Shown here: positions 1-12,035 of the stretch, in pieces
Position numbering within the stretch: the stretch's first letter is position 1
Layout of the letters: each line of letters begins with the position of its first letter
DNA from: Octopus sinensis
Taxonomy: Eukaryota
Assembly (NCBI RefSeq): GCF_006345805.1
Contig: NC_043009.1
Location: 33,294,001 to 33,358,000 of the forward strand
Reading direction: 5' to 3'
Length of the DNA: 64,000 nucleotides
Made by a program: the position numbers and the translations under genes
Notes under the pieces: generated by a model
The model's input: only the letters and a program-made list of their open reading frames with translations
Databases searched by the model: none
What the model was told of the DNA's origin: nothing

Positions 1-62
1 ACGAAGGCAGGTGTAAAACAGACGAAGGCAGGTGTAAAACGGGCAAAGGCAAGTGTAAAAAA
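1..62. repeat. ~21-bp minisatellite (ACGAAGGCAGGTGTAAAACAG), 3 degenerate units, cut by window edge
   Basis: Units at 1-21, 22-42 and a diverged third unit read directly. Confidence 0.75.
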
Positions 63-537
63 ACAGGAGACGAAGATGGGTGTGTAAACAACAAACAGGT
101 GTAATAATTTAACGCTCGGTAAGGTGAGAAAGTCTTTTATGTTTCGAACCTAAGCTCTTGAAAAGAAAGGAACACGATGAAATAAACAGAGAGAATAAAA
201 AAGCATTAGTGAATAGCAGTCAGTCATGGCGATGGACGGACAGAGGTGGTCAGACAGGAGAGTTAGGAAGAAGGTGAGATAATAAAGTAGAGTTGATATG
301 TATAAGGAAAACAGGACAAGGTAGAAAATGCTAAAATAATTTTATCATGAAGAACATTTTAGTACCGGTTTCAGACTTTGTGACGTTTTCAACTTAGAGT
401 AAAGTATGTGAAACAATTAAATTGTGGAAAAATTAAATTAAATGTTTTTTTAAAAAAATATAGTCCATAGTTTTTAAATAGGTGGAGCATTTTCCTTCAC
501 TCTCTCTCTATTACTCTTACTTTTGTAAAGGCTCTGT

Positions 538-617
538 AGGCAGGTAGGTAGGTAGGTAGGTATGTAGGTAGGTAGGTAGGTAGGTAGGTAGGTAAGTAGG
601 TAGGTAGATATGTAGGT
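538..617. repeat. (TAGG)n microsatellite
   Basis: Direct reading. Confidence 0.95.
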
Positions 618-702
618 AGCAGATCTGAAGAAATATTTAATATGAGTGATGTTGTTTCTAGATTTTGATTGTTTAAGTAGCAGTGGCCGAGTAAGGAGAC
701 AG

Positions 703-835
703 AGAAGAAGAAGAAGAAGAAGAAGAAGAAGAAGAAGAAGAAGAAGAAGAAGAAGAAGAAGAAGAAGAAGAAGAAGAAGAAGAAGAAGAAGAAGAAGAAG
801 AAGAAGAAGAAGAAGAAGAAGAAGAAGAAGAAGAA
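703..835. repeat. Pure (GAA)n microsatellite, about 44 units
   Basis: Direct reading; explains the poly-L and poly-R ORFs. Confidence 0.97.
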
Positions 836-989
836 AACGGGTGTGGTATGACAGTAGTAGACTACTCATAGAGTCTTCTTAAGTTACTTAAAAGTGACCT
901 GTTGTGGTTATAGATTCATGGGTAGCAACTGTTCTGAACATATCGTTTTTAATATTTGCGTATGTATTATTCTAAGACCTTTGTAGTAG

Positions 990-1340
990 TGTCATTTGTG
1001 GTGGACACATTCAAAAGGGGTTTACATTTTGTGATAAAATATGACTCTTTGCTAATGCGCTGATAGTGGTTGCGTCGTCCCTGAATTTATAGAGGGCGAA
1101 AATCCTGAAGTTGGGCTGTTAGTGGCGCAAATGTCGATGGGTTTGCTGAATGCTATTTTTCTGTATTCCCGGATTTTAATCTGGGGTCTATGTAGAGTCA
1201 CTCTTTGGTGTAGAATGTTTTTGGTTTGGCCTATGTATTGCTCTCGACACTCTGAGCAAGTTAATACATATATTAGGTTTTCCGAAGCACATGTGAAGTT
1301 GTTTTCACTGTAAAACGTTGATCTTGTTTGAAGGAGAACT
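990..1340 (-). mobile_element. Penelope-like retroelement remnant, GIY-YIG endonuclease 3' part (frameshifted)
   Basis: Minus strand translates NFTCASENLIYVLTCSECREQYIGQTKNILHQRVTLHRPQI and, after a frameshift, FRIFALYKFRDDATTISALAKESYFITKCKPLLN. This fits the PLE GIY-YIG pattern (IY..C..C...YIGQT...R...H...E...LN). Confidence 0.85.
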
Positions 1341-1380
1341 CTGATACTTCAATTAAATTGACGCATATATTGAGGGATCG

Positions 1381-1505
1381 GAGTTCTTCAAATAAGGTCA
1401 ACGTTTTACAGAGAAAAACAACTTCACATATGCTTCAGAAAACCTAATATATATATTAACTTGCTCAGGGTGTAAATTTGCATTATACTAAATTATAGGC
1501 CAGCC
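1381..1505 (+). mobile_element. Inverted partial copy of the Penelope GIY-YIG segment
   Basis: 1381-1470 is the diverged reverse complement of about 1250-1340; translates NFTYASENLIYILTCSGCK. Confidence 0.85.
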
Positions 1506-1652
1506 AATCAGATTAAAGTAAAATTGTTTTTATTATAACTGAACATAAAAACAAACTTCAAGATGAAAGAGATCCGAGGACCGATGGTCGCTTTGTTTAC
1601 AATATTTTGCTGGCTGGAGCGGACCCTGGCTATCGCTCCGGCGGTCAGGTGC

Positions 1653-1701
1653 TCGTGACTGACGATGAGCCAAACAGCTCGAAACTGAGTCAGTCTCGCG
1701 A
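1653..1701 (+). ncRNA. Type I hammerhead ribozyme (small PLE-associated variant)
   Basis: Stem I TCGTGA(1653-58)/TCGCGA(1696-1701); core CTGACGA(1659-65) plus extra T; stem II GAGC-caaaca-GCTC; GAAA(1681-84); stem III ACTG-agt-CAGT; cleavage triplet GTC(1693-95). Confidence 0.7.
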
Positions 1702-4505
1702 TCTTGTTGTGTGCTAAATGGTGGTATGGGTTAGCTCACCCTGCTAGCATTATATAGGATGCAACGCAGCACCGATAACCAGCTGGCGGAGTTAAACTAG
1801 AAATAACAAGGAACAACCACTATGATGTGGCGTTTAACTTTACTTGTTAGTATAATTACTACTCGTATCTCTTCAAATTTTATTGATATATATATAAATG
1901 TTTTGTTTTTATATTCAGTTATAATAAAAACAATTTTATATTAATCTGATGAGTTACTCCATGTTTTTATTGAGTTCAAATTTCTTATTCTTGTACAAGA
2001 ATGTTCTTGACAGTGACTACGAAGTCACTGTCAAGAATATTCTATTCCCATCGCTAGTGTCTTCCGTTCATTGGTTGTCACGACTCCTCTGCCCTGTCAT
2101 GCTTAACATTAAACTAAACTCCAACATGTAATTCTCTACAATACATCTCATCTGGTGAAATAAAAGCAGGTTACGTTACAAAGACAATGATGAATAACAT
2201 GAACATGTATGGCTTTGTGCTTAGGAAAAATATTTCAAATCCTTGTGGTTCCAGGTTATATCCTAATGCATCAACCGTCTTCTATTGCGTCGGGTTATAG
2301 CTTGTTAATGGAATTTGTTAAAAAGAAACTGCGGAATCTCGTCAGAAACGAACACATACAAACACACACACACACACAATATATATATAGATATGTATGC
2401 ATGTGTGTGTGCGCTTGCACCTGTGTATGCATGGATTTAGTGACTAGCCACACCTAGATTCACATAAAGCTCACAAGGCACATCTTAATCCGTCTAATTG
2501 AGACATGCGTCCGGCTGAACTTTCCTTTTGTCTGCATAGTGTTGTATATAAATACAAAGTGTTTATATCTATCTGCACATATGTTAATTTTTTTAGATAT
2601 GTTCTGTAGTTCAGCAGAGAATTGAATTAAAGCAGTCCTAATGCACCAGTGACTTACAGTTTAGTGATTTACTAAATTTCCTCACACAACTACAACCTAA
2701 CCACTGACACAATTGTAGAGTAATATATAAAAATATTTGACAGTTCTGAAGCAGACAAATTATGGTCACATGGATGAGATAAATGTAAAATTATGAGGAA
2801 ATAATGATTTCCTGATGAACTGATACCGAATTTGCTCTTAGTTTATGCAGACATTTCATAGGAGCCGAGCATTAAGACATCGCTTTGAAATTCTGCATCT
2901 CACGACTAACCTTTCTAACCTCAGAGTTGAATCGTATATTCTGAGTGAGTAAAGAAAAAGAAGCAATATTTAAGAATCATTTTTATATTGACCTGACGAT
3001 AACCTTTGACTCGAAGCTGCTGACACTAATATGTTTCAGATTAAGAGGAATAAAATCCAAATAAAATATTTTCATGACCACTTTTAATGAAATAAGCAGC
3101 ATCTACGAAAGTAATCTATTTGGACATTTGCGAACGGACAAAACTATCTGCTTCTCCTTGTGTATGAACAGTGTGTAAGTGATGTTGGACGGTAGATAAT
3201 TTTGGTTTATGACACTAGAATGAATGGTGTTTTCACTATTCAACAAACAAAATCGATATGTTTGATTTGAGCGAACAGACCAATGAACTGCGTACATATT
3301 TTGATTCCTAATTTGCTGAAGAAGCATTGCTGTCATTTAGTTAGAAAATTCTTGCTTGCTGCACAACCTGATAAAGCGAGTGATACATCATACAATCAAC
3401 TCGATTAATTGTATTTCAACCCAGTGAACTGGAAATAATCCTTTTGGTGTATGTAACTGCCAAAAATATTCTGTTTGTATTCTTCCAATATTTTCGTGTT
3501 ATAAATATCAAAATTTACATTAGAATAGTTGCTAATTTACTTTCTTTCTCCAAGAATTACCTATTAATCAACATTCTTATAATTTTAACAAATTAACCAA
3601 ATGATCTCAGTTTTATCACGAGCTGTCGTTTAAAGTTTTATCTCGACGTCGTTTTGGACTCGGTTCGGACTTCAATCCTACATTTGACTGGGATTTTAGA
3701 GAAACAACTCAGCATCATCACCATGAACAACAACAATATCATTATTGTTTTACCGCCTATATCCCGATGCTGACGTTATTAGGACGGATCAGCGAATATC
3801 ATTATTGTGTCACATCACTTATTAATCCTACATCGAGGATAGCCAATATTTTCAGATAAGTTTACCACTGTGACTTCTCCTTTATTCCTTGTTCTCTCTT
3901 TTTTCTATCTCCTCTCTATCTCCCTACTCTCCCCCTCCGTCTCTCCTACAGATATTCTGTCTTGCTAAACCATAGCTACACTGACAGCCTTTCATACGAA
4001 TCCGGGGCGATTTACAAGAAGATCAGTGAATACGGTTATATATATGAAAGTACAATTCGTTCGAATGTCTAGCAACAGACCAAACTATAAATCAGCAATA
4101 GGTACAGAATCGACTCAAACTTGTCGTTGATATTTTTTTTATCTAAGGAAAAGAAGAGAAAATGTCTCGCCCAAAGCCACACCTGTCACCGCTCTCAACG
4201 GGCCTTTTTTTTATATATAAAGCAATCCACTTAGATTACAAATAGAATCAGAAAATCCACAATATCATTTCTTTTTATCACGGGTTTTGTTGGAACTCCT
4301 ATAGTCTTGTATGCGTAGCGGGCTTGCTACCTGCAGCCTACGGTACCATGCTATCCGTTCTTTACAACTATCTAATACTTTCCTGATTATTCTGGCCGTG
4401 CCAAATGAGGCAAAACTTTTGTAACAATTCTGCTGGGAACTCTATTCCAATTTCCTTTACATTCCTCTTGATGCCTTCTGATATTGCCCCCAAGAACCCA
4501 ACATT

Positions 4506-4506
4506 A

Positions 4507-4579
<73 letters not shown>

Positions 4580-4657
4580 TTTGATAGGTTTCGGCCATTA
4601 TTGGCCCAGGCCATGTCTAACTTAATAGCACCACCTGGTGCTATTATTATTATTATT

Positions 4658-4689
<32 letters not shown>

Positions 4690-4720
4690 CATCATCATCA
4701 TCATCATCATCATCATTATT
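4506..4720. repeat. (ATT)n and (ATC)n microsatellites inside the R4-like fragment
   Basis: Direct reading. Confidence 0.9.
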
Positions 4721-4722
4721 AC

Positions 4723-4890
4723 CATTAAGGTGGCGAGCTAGCAGAATTGTTAGCCGAACAAAATGCTTAACGGCATTTCGTCCTTTCGGGTTCAATCAAA
4801 TGAGTTCCAGTATAGCGCTGGGGTCGATATCATTGATTAGCACCAATCCCAAAATTCCAGACCTGGTACCTATAATAGAAATGATTATTA
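4723..4890 (+). mobile_element. tRNA-derived SINE, family A (deleted copy)
   Basis: AAGGTGGCGAGCTAGCAGAATTGTTAGC...AAATGCTTAACGGCATTTCGTC...CTGGGGTCGAT...ACCTATAATAGAAATGATTATT matches the copies at about 34730 and 55000-55215. Confidence 0.75.
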
Positions 4891-5749
4891 TTTTGGTTTG
4901 GCTCAGGTTCGGTCTTATTCTGGTAGGATTTTTGTGGATAGCGGGTTACTCCTTACAACCTTAGGTATCCATAGGTTTTAAGCTGTCTTTCAAGTATTTA
5001 GAATCCTGTTTGTCCCTCCTAAAGGTTACTATATCCGGCCTTCGGTGCTCTAACACTTTGTCTGTCTGTCTGTCTGGAAGTCAAAGTCCCAGGAGATTTT
5101 TGCCTTCCCCTTTTTGTCCATTACTTTTCCTGTGTATGTTGGTACCAAGCACCTCTTACCTCGTATCCATACTTCCGGCATAGTAGCCAATAAAGGTTTT
5201 GGGTTACCTTGTTGTATCTGCGCTTGTACTCTTTCTGCGCAAGACTTTCACAAGCACTAACAATGTGAATCACGCTTTCTACCCTCTTCCCATACACTCT
5301 GCAGTTGGTATTCAATGCCTGATCCTGGGCAGCGATGATTAGACTTTCAGCATTCTTTATTAGATTAACCTTGCTGAGGCACCTCCATTATGCTTCCTGG
5401 TCTTTTAATTTGTTAGTTTCACAGTGGAACTGACCGTGTAATTCCATGCGGAGTAGGGTTTCTTCTCTCTCGTTGGCTGTTCGCGATCGGAATTCAAGTC
5501 CATTTTTGGTAAATCCTTCTGCATTAGCAGCATACTGTAGCAGGTTTTGTCTGGTGTTTAGCAGATATATTCTGCATATCTTTTCTTTTATTGTTGATGC
5601 ACTCCCGTACGCTAATCAGACCACGTTAACAGTTACGCTTCTTCGTGTAGAGCCTGTGTACATTCGCCTTAGAGTGGAGGGCACCAGGCAATGCCATTTT
5701 CTTTCGGGTAGTGCGATCGAGACGGCTAATCTCTGCATGTGTATTATGA

Positions 5750-5772
5750 TTGTTATTGTATTATTATTATTC

Positions 5773-5845
<73 letters not shown>

Positions 5846-5846
5846 G
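5750..5846. repeat. (ATT)n microsatellite
   Basis: Direct reading. Confidence 0.95.
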
Positions 5847-6010
5847 ACAGTAGCACGTCTATATAGGGCCTTTGTAATCACTTGAGCCTCGTTCCTGACA
5901 AATAAATCTCTGTTAATTCTTTTTCGGTTTTCTCTAATTTCCAATGAAGGCGACAGAGTAGAAAGAGAGTTTCTTTTCTCTCTGTCAGCAGACGAGCAAG
6001 AAGACATTAC
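5847..6010 (-). mobile_element. Possible Penelope-like 3' remnant
   Basis: SLEIRENRKRINRD resembles the C-terminal E.LEI....INRD motif of PLE GIY-YIG domains and runs into (AAT)n. The match is short. Confidence 0.35.
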
Positions 6011-7954
6011 AAGTGAGAGGGGTCAGCTGTCGCAATCAATCAATCAATATTTATTTACTGCGAAAATGAATCAGTCTCCACAATATTATTGTTAAACATC
6101 GTTAATGGAAAATATCGGATAAGTTGTTAAGATAAAATTATATAAAATATTAATTTCGTATTTAAATAGAAATCAAATTTCAGTTTTAAATGTAAACTCT
6201 ATTTCTCAGACTTAACACAATAAATAATAAACAGAATAGAAAGCAATTAAAGCTCTGATGGAAAATGTTGCGAGATAGTTCAGCAATGAGTTGAAAAGTT
6301 TCGTGAATGATTGGCTAGACTGATTGATGTCTTTATGAGTAGACATGTTAATAAAACTGATCAAACTATAATAATTAGAAATGGTCGGACTCGAAAAGAG
6401 GAGGGTAAAAAAGAGATGACATTTTATTGATGATGTAGGAAGAGTAAAATAGTTCCTGAAAGGTTTCCTAAGATGTTGTCTGGCAGTGGCAGGATTAGTA
6501 TGCCTGAGACAATAGCGCTAATTTTGATGAAAGAGACAATCACTGGAAGAATGTTAATGTGAACAGCTTTGAATTGAGTGACCTTCTGATCTACATGTAA
6601 TGGATATTTAGTACGGCAAAGAAAAGCGAGAAGAATCTCAATCGATGTTAGCAACAGAAAGAAAGATAAGGTAGGTTATTAATACATTGAATGTAGTCTC
6701 TAAGTCTATCACAAAGTTGGTCACAGTTCTCAATCCAACTATTTATCCTTCATCCACAACCCAAGATGCCTTCAAGCTGACATTAACACTGTTATTATCT
6801 TCTAGATTATAATGTATGGGTTTGATTTAATGCGGAGAAAGATATTTTTTTTGTTCCAGCTATAGAATGTAGTCTATAAAGATGTCGTTATTGTGGTGTA
6901 AGAAAAAGAAATTTGATCCAATTCAAAATCAACAAAAAGTACAACAAATATACAGGCAATAGTTTAGAATAATGTATGGCAGTTGTCCGCTCTTAATTTT
7001 CTTCATTTTCGTTGCGAAAATTACATTTTTGTTAACTTTTTATATCACATTAGTGAACAATAAAGTCGTAAGTTAGAGAATGTTTATGATAGGAAGCCGC
7101 ACACCGATTCGATTTTTCCTGCAGTAACAATGACAAGGGAGAGCTTTTAGCTCAGCGCAGAACAAATACCACAAAGTTCGAAATCTTCGCTTTCTAATAC
7201 TTGTTTACATCCTTGGCTAATGCACATCAGTAAAACATATGAATATATACACAGACACATTTGCAAAAAAAGCACACGTACATACAGGCACACACACACA
7301 CACACACACACACGCACGCACGCACGCACACACACATACACACACACATACACAGAGAGAGAAGGATGTGTCGTTCCTAGAATAGAAGGTACTGCAGCAG
7401 AATGCTAGCTAAGGGCTAAGATCACGACTTTATCTTTCATAACGTGTGGTATAAAAGGCGTAAATACCCCGTTACGGCTAATTATGGCGTATCCTGAGGT
7501 GTATACTTTTATTATTACTGAATTCGTATGCCGTTAGGAAGTTAATTTTGCGTTTATCATCGTAAGATCGTCTCATCCAGTTGCATTTAGAAGTGTCGTT
7601 TAGCACTATCGTCAGTTCCAAGTGGTTTTACACTAAACTCCTGAGGCTTCTGGTCACAGTCAGATTCCATCATTTTTACACTACCTGATGAGAAATATAG
7701 TTCCCGAAACAGATGGAAGATTAGCAAGATCATGCATATTTCGTTTATATGACGATTCAGAAGTTAGTTCTTAGAGTCTATCCTTCCATTCAACACATTC
7801 ATGTCGAATTCGCAAATAATTCGAAATCTTTATAAGATTTGCCGTGCATTTTTGGTGAAAGTACTTCCGTAACCGTGAAGACAATTACATTGACGTATGG
7901 GGAGTATATGCCTCATAACCAAGTGCATGAATGTGTGTTTGTATGTGTATGCAT

Positions 7955-8227
7955 ATATATATATATATACTCACACTCACATATATATACACACACACAC
8001 ACTCACACATATATATATATATACACACACACTCACATGTATATATACATACATATACATTATACATATAGGAGGGAGGATCTATCGATCCATCGATGGA
8101 TCGATGGATGGGTGAATGGATGGATCGATGGACGGACTGGTAGACAGACAGGCAGACAAACAGATAGATAGAAAGACAGACAGACAGACAAACAGTCATG
8201 GACATACAAACAGACAGATAGACAGAC

Positions 8228-8303
<76 letters not shown>

Positions 8304-8343
8304 TGATTGACAGTCAGACAGACAGACAGATAGACAGATAGAC

Positions 8344-8441
<98 letters not shown>

Positions 8442-9718
8442 TGATAGGTAGATACCGTTGATATCTTAAATGCGTCTAGCCAGACAGGATGAAAATTGCA
8501 AAGAAATGCAAAGAAACGAAAGACGTCTTGCAAGAATAGGAGATTATAAGAATAGCAGCAATCTTTAGCGGGAACAATTGAAAGACATTAGCTGCAGAGA
8601 TACGCTTCAGTGATTTCAGACAAGCAGCTTGTCACCTTGCAACATTTGTGCAACAGAGACAGAAGCAGATAACGACACAAAGACTTGTAGACTGTTTCTG
8701 TTTTTAAGATTCTTCGATGTCGCCTCCACTTCCCGAAAATTCTATTTTCAATGAGCTGAAGAAAGTTGTTTCGACAATAAAGAAAAAGAAAAGAAGCAAA
8801 GTCTTCAGGAATTGGTGGGTGGGGATGGGGTGGTGAGAGGATAATGAAAGTCTCTCTCTGTCTTTGAATAGAAACTTCTAGAAACGATTGCTGCAATGAT
8901 TTCTTCCCAAATTCTTAAAAACTTGACATCTTACGTCTTCTTCTACCGCCTCTTTTCCACCCCACCCTTCACCGACACCATTCTTTTTATTGAATGATTA
9001 AAAACCTTTTTGCGTCTCCATTTTCTCTCTTTTTTATCTTACTCTCTCTCTCTCTCTCTCTCTTTCAGTCTCTCTCTCTCACCCTCTTACCCTCTTTCTT
9101 CGCCACTCACCCCTCCTACACTCCCTTCAACCACCACTTATTGGTATTTTTTTATTTCCTCTTCATTCTGCACTAAGTGTGTATTTGTGAATGTATGTAT
9201 GAAAACATACATGTATACACAGAAGTAGTCATACGCAAATACACATATGTATACTTACATCTATATACACACTCACGCAGTATTAAGTACATGTGTGTAT
9301 ACATATATACATGCACATGTATATACATATATGAATATATATACACATACACTAATATACATATTATATATATATTAATATATATATACATACACACACA
9401 AATATGCATATATATTAATATATATATATGCTTATGTATATATATATATATATATATATACTCACACTCACATATATATACACACACACACACTCACACA
9501 TATATATATATATACACACACACTCACATGTATATATACATACATATACATTATACATATAGGAGGGAGGATCTATCGATCCATCGATGGATCGATGGAT
9601 GGGTGAATGGATGGATCGATGGACGGACTGGTAGACAGACAGGCAGACAAACAGATAGATAGAAAGACAGACAGACAGACAAACAGTCATGGACATACAA
9701 ACAGACAGATAGACAGAC

Positions 9719-9794
<76 letters not shown>

Positions 9795-9856
9795 TGATTG
9801 ACAGTCAGACAGACAGACAGATAGACAGATAGACAGATAGATAGATAGATAGATAG

Positions 9857-9938
<82 letters not shown>

Positions 9939-10929
9939 TGATAGGTAGATACCGTTGATATCTTAAATGCGTCTAGCCAGACAGGATGAAAATTGCAAAG
10001 AAATGCAAAGAAACGAAAGACGTCTTGCAAGAATAGGAGATTATAAGAATAGCAGCAATCTTTAGCGGGAACAATTGAAAGACATTAGCTGCAGAGATAC
10101 GCTTCAGTGATTTCAGACAAGCAGCTTGTCACCTTGCAACATTTGTGCAACAGAGACAGAAGCAGATAACGACACAAAGACTTGTAGACTGTTTCTGTTT
10201 TTAAGATTCTTCGATGTCGCCTCCACTTCCCGAAAATTCTATTTTCAATGAGCTGAAGAAAGTTGTTTCGACAATAAAGAAAAAGAAAAGAAGCAAAGTC
10301 TTCAGGAATTGGTGGGTGGGGATGGGGTGGTGAGAGGATAATGAAAGTCTCTCTCTGTCTTTGAATAGAAACTTCTAGAAACGATTGCTGCAATGATTTC
10401 TTCCCAAATTCTTAAAAACTTGACATCTTACGTCTTCTTCTACCGCCTCTTTTCCACCCCACCCTTCACCGACACCATTCTTTTTATTGAATGATTAAAA
10501 ACCTTTTTGCGTCTCCATTTTCTCTCTTTTTTATCTTACTCTCTCTCTCTCTCTCTCTCTTTCAGTCTCTCTCTCTCACCCTCTTACCCTCTTTCTTCGC
10601 CACTCACCCCTCCTACACTCCCTTCAACCACCACTTATTGGTATTTTTTTATTTCCTCTTCATTCTGCACTAAGTGTGTATTTGTGAATGTATGTATGAA
10701 AACATACATGTATACACAGAAGTAGTCATACGCAAATACACATATGTATACTTACATCTATATACACACTCACGCAGTATTAAGTACATGTGTGTATACA
10801 TATATACATGCACATGTATATACATATATGAATATATATACACATACACTAATATACATATTATATATATATTAATATATATATACATACACACACAAAT
10901 ATGCATATATATTAATATATATATATGCT

Positions 10930-10950
<21 letters not shown>
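7955..10950. repeat. Tandem duplication, two ~1.5-kb copies (about 7955-9450 and 9451-10950)
   Basis: Identical ORFs offset by 1497 bp (8588/10085, 8994/10491). Unique parts appear identical while GATA and TA tracts differ in length. Confidence 0.95.
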
Positions 10951-10994
<44 letters not shown>

Positions 10995-11369
10995 ATATAT
11001 ATATATATGTAGATACAAGTATATATTTAAGAACTTGATTATTACAACTATTAGTTTCACCATTTCCGGTTTTTCAGGTAGAGATTTTTATATTTTAGTT
11101 GATTGGTGGTGTAGTAATGGCGAAAACATTTTTTGCCTGCATTGTTCAAAGTGTCTGCTTCGCGTTTCTGTTATGTATCACACGCAATATTTATATTTAT
11201 TTTTAGAATTCTTCTCAGAATCGAGAAGCTTGTTTCTAACAAAGAAAGAAAACTTCATCGCTGTAAATTTCAATAACAACAAGGATAAAATATGTATGGT
11301 GAACTTTAGTAAAGTCTTGCATATTTTCATTGTTCTGCCTATAGACCGCGTCTCAGCCGATCACTTGCG

Positions 11370-11403
<34 letters not shown>

Positions 11404-12035
11404 TGTATGTATGTATGTATGTATGTATATATGTATGTATGTATGTATCAATCTATCTATCTATCTATCTATCTACTCCTCTGTTTTTAATTGTCTAAAT
11501 TCTTCCTCTGAAGAAGGAGCTGGTTTCTAGCAAAGATACAAAGTCCGTCATTAGAATGTAGATAGCAAAAACAATGTCACATTATAAACTTGAATAAAGT
11601 CTTGAATACTTTTACTGTTCCGCTTACAGATTGTATTGGTAATAGGCGAGTTAGATGTTTGATTTCTTTTTCTGAAAACACTAACTGATCCAATTTACCA
11701 CTTGGGCATTTATCACAAAACCAAGTGCACCAATTGTTATTTCTATAAATGCAAATATATTAATCTGGATATAGAAACTGGAGGTATACATGTATGTACC
11801 TGTGTAAGTATGCATGTATATCTGTATAAATGTTTTTATAACCTTGTCGTATATCTCTGCTGTACTGAGTTCATGTCAACAGACTACCAGAGATGTGTCT
11901 ATCCCAACCTTTTTTTTGTGGAGGAACAACTAGGCTTCAGTTGAGAAATTTCATATAAATAAAAAGGGGTAAAAATACAATCTTCACACTTCATAGTCGT
12001 AGGCTCGTTTTCATCCGAAATTGCAAAAATCTGTT

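Larger units (their letters stand above)
4270..5725 (-). mobile_element. R4/Dong-type non-LTR retrotransposon 3' fragment (RT thumb, CCHC knuckle, restriction-like endonuclease), decayed and interrupted
   Basis: Minus-strand motifs in order: GALHSKANVHRLY..RGLISVRECI; ELHGQF..IIAAQDQALNTNCRVYGKRVESVIHIVSACESLAQKEYKRRYNKV; ISWDFDFQTD..KVLEHRRPDIV; LGAISEGIKRNVKEIGIEFPAELLQK. Stops and frameshifts are present. Confidence 0.85.

Noticed and set aside
853-882. Hammerhead-like relic downstream of the minus-strand GIY-YIG (CTTAAGA-A-GACT...AGTC)
   Set aside because: Both core segments are broken (no CTGA, no GAAA).
8588-8896. 102-aa minus-strand ORF (duplicated at 10085-10393)
   Set aside because: No recognisable domain, non-ATG start, and part of it is low-complexity; not supportable as a CDS.
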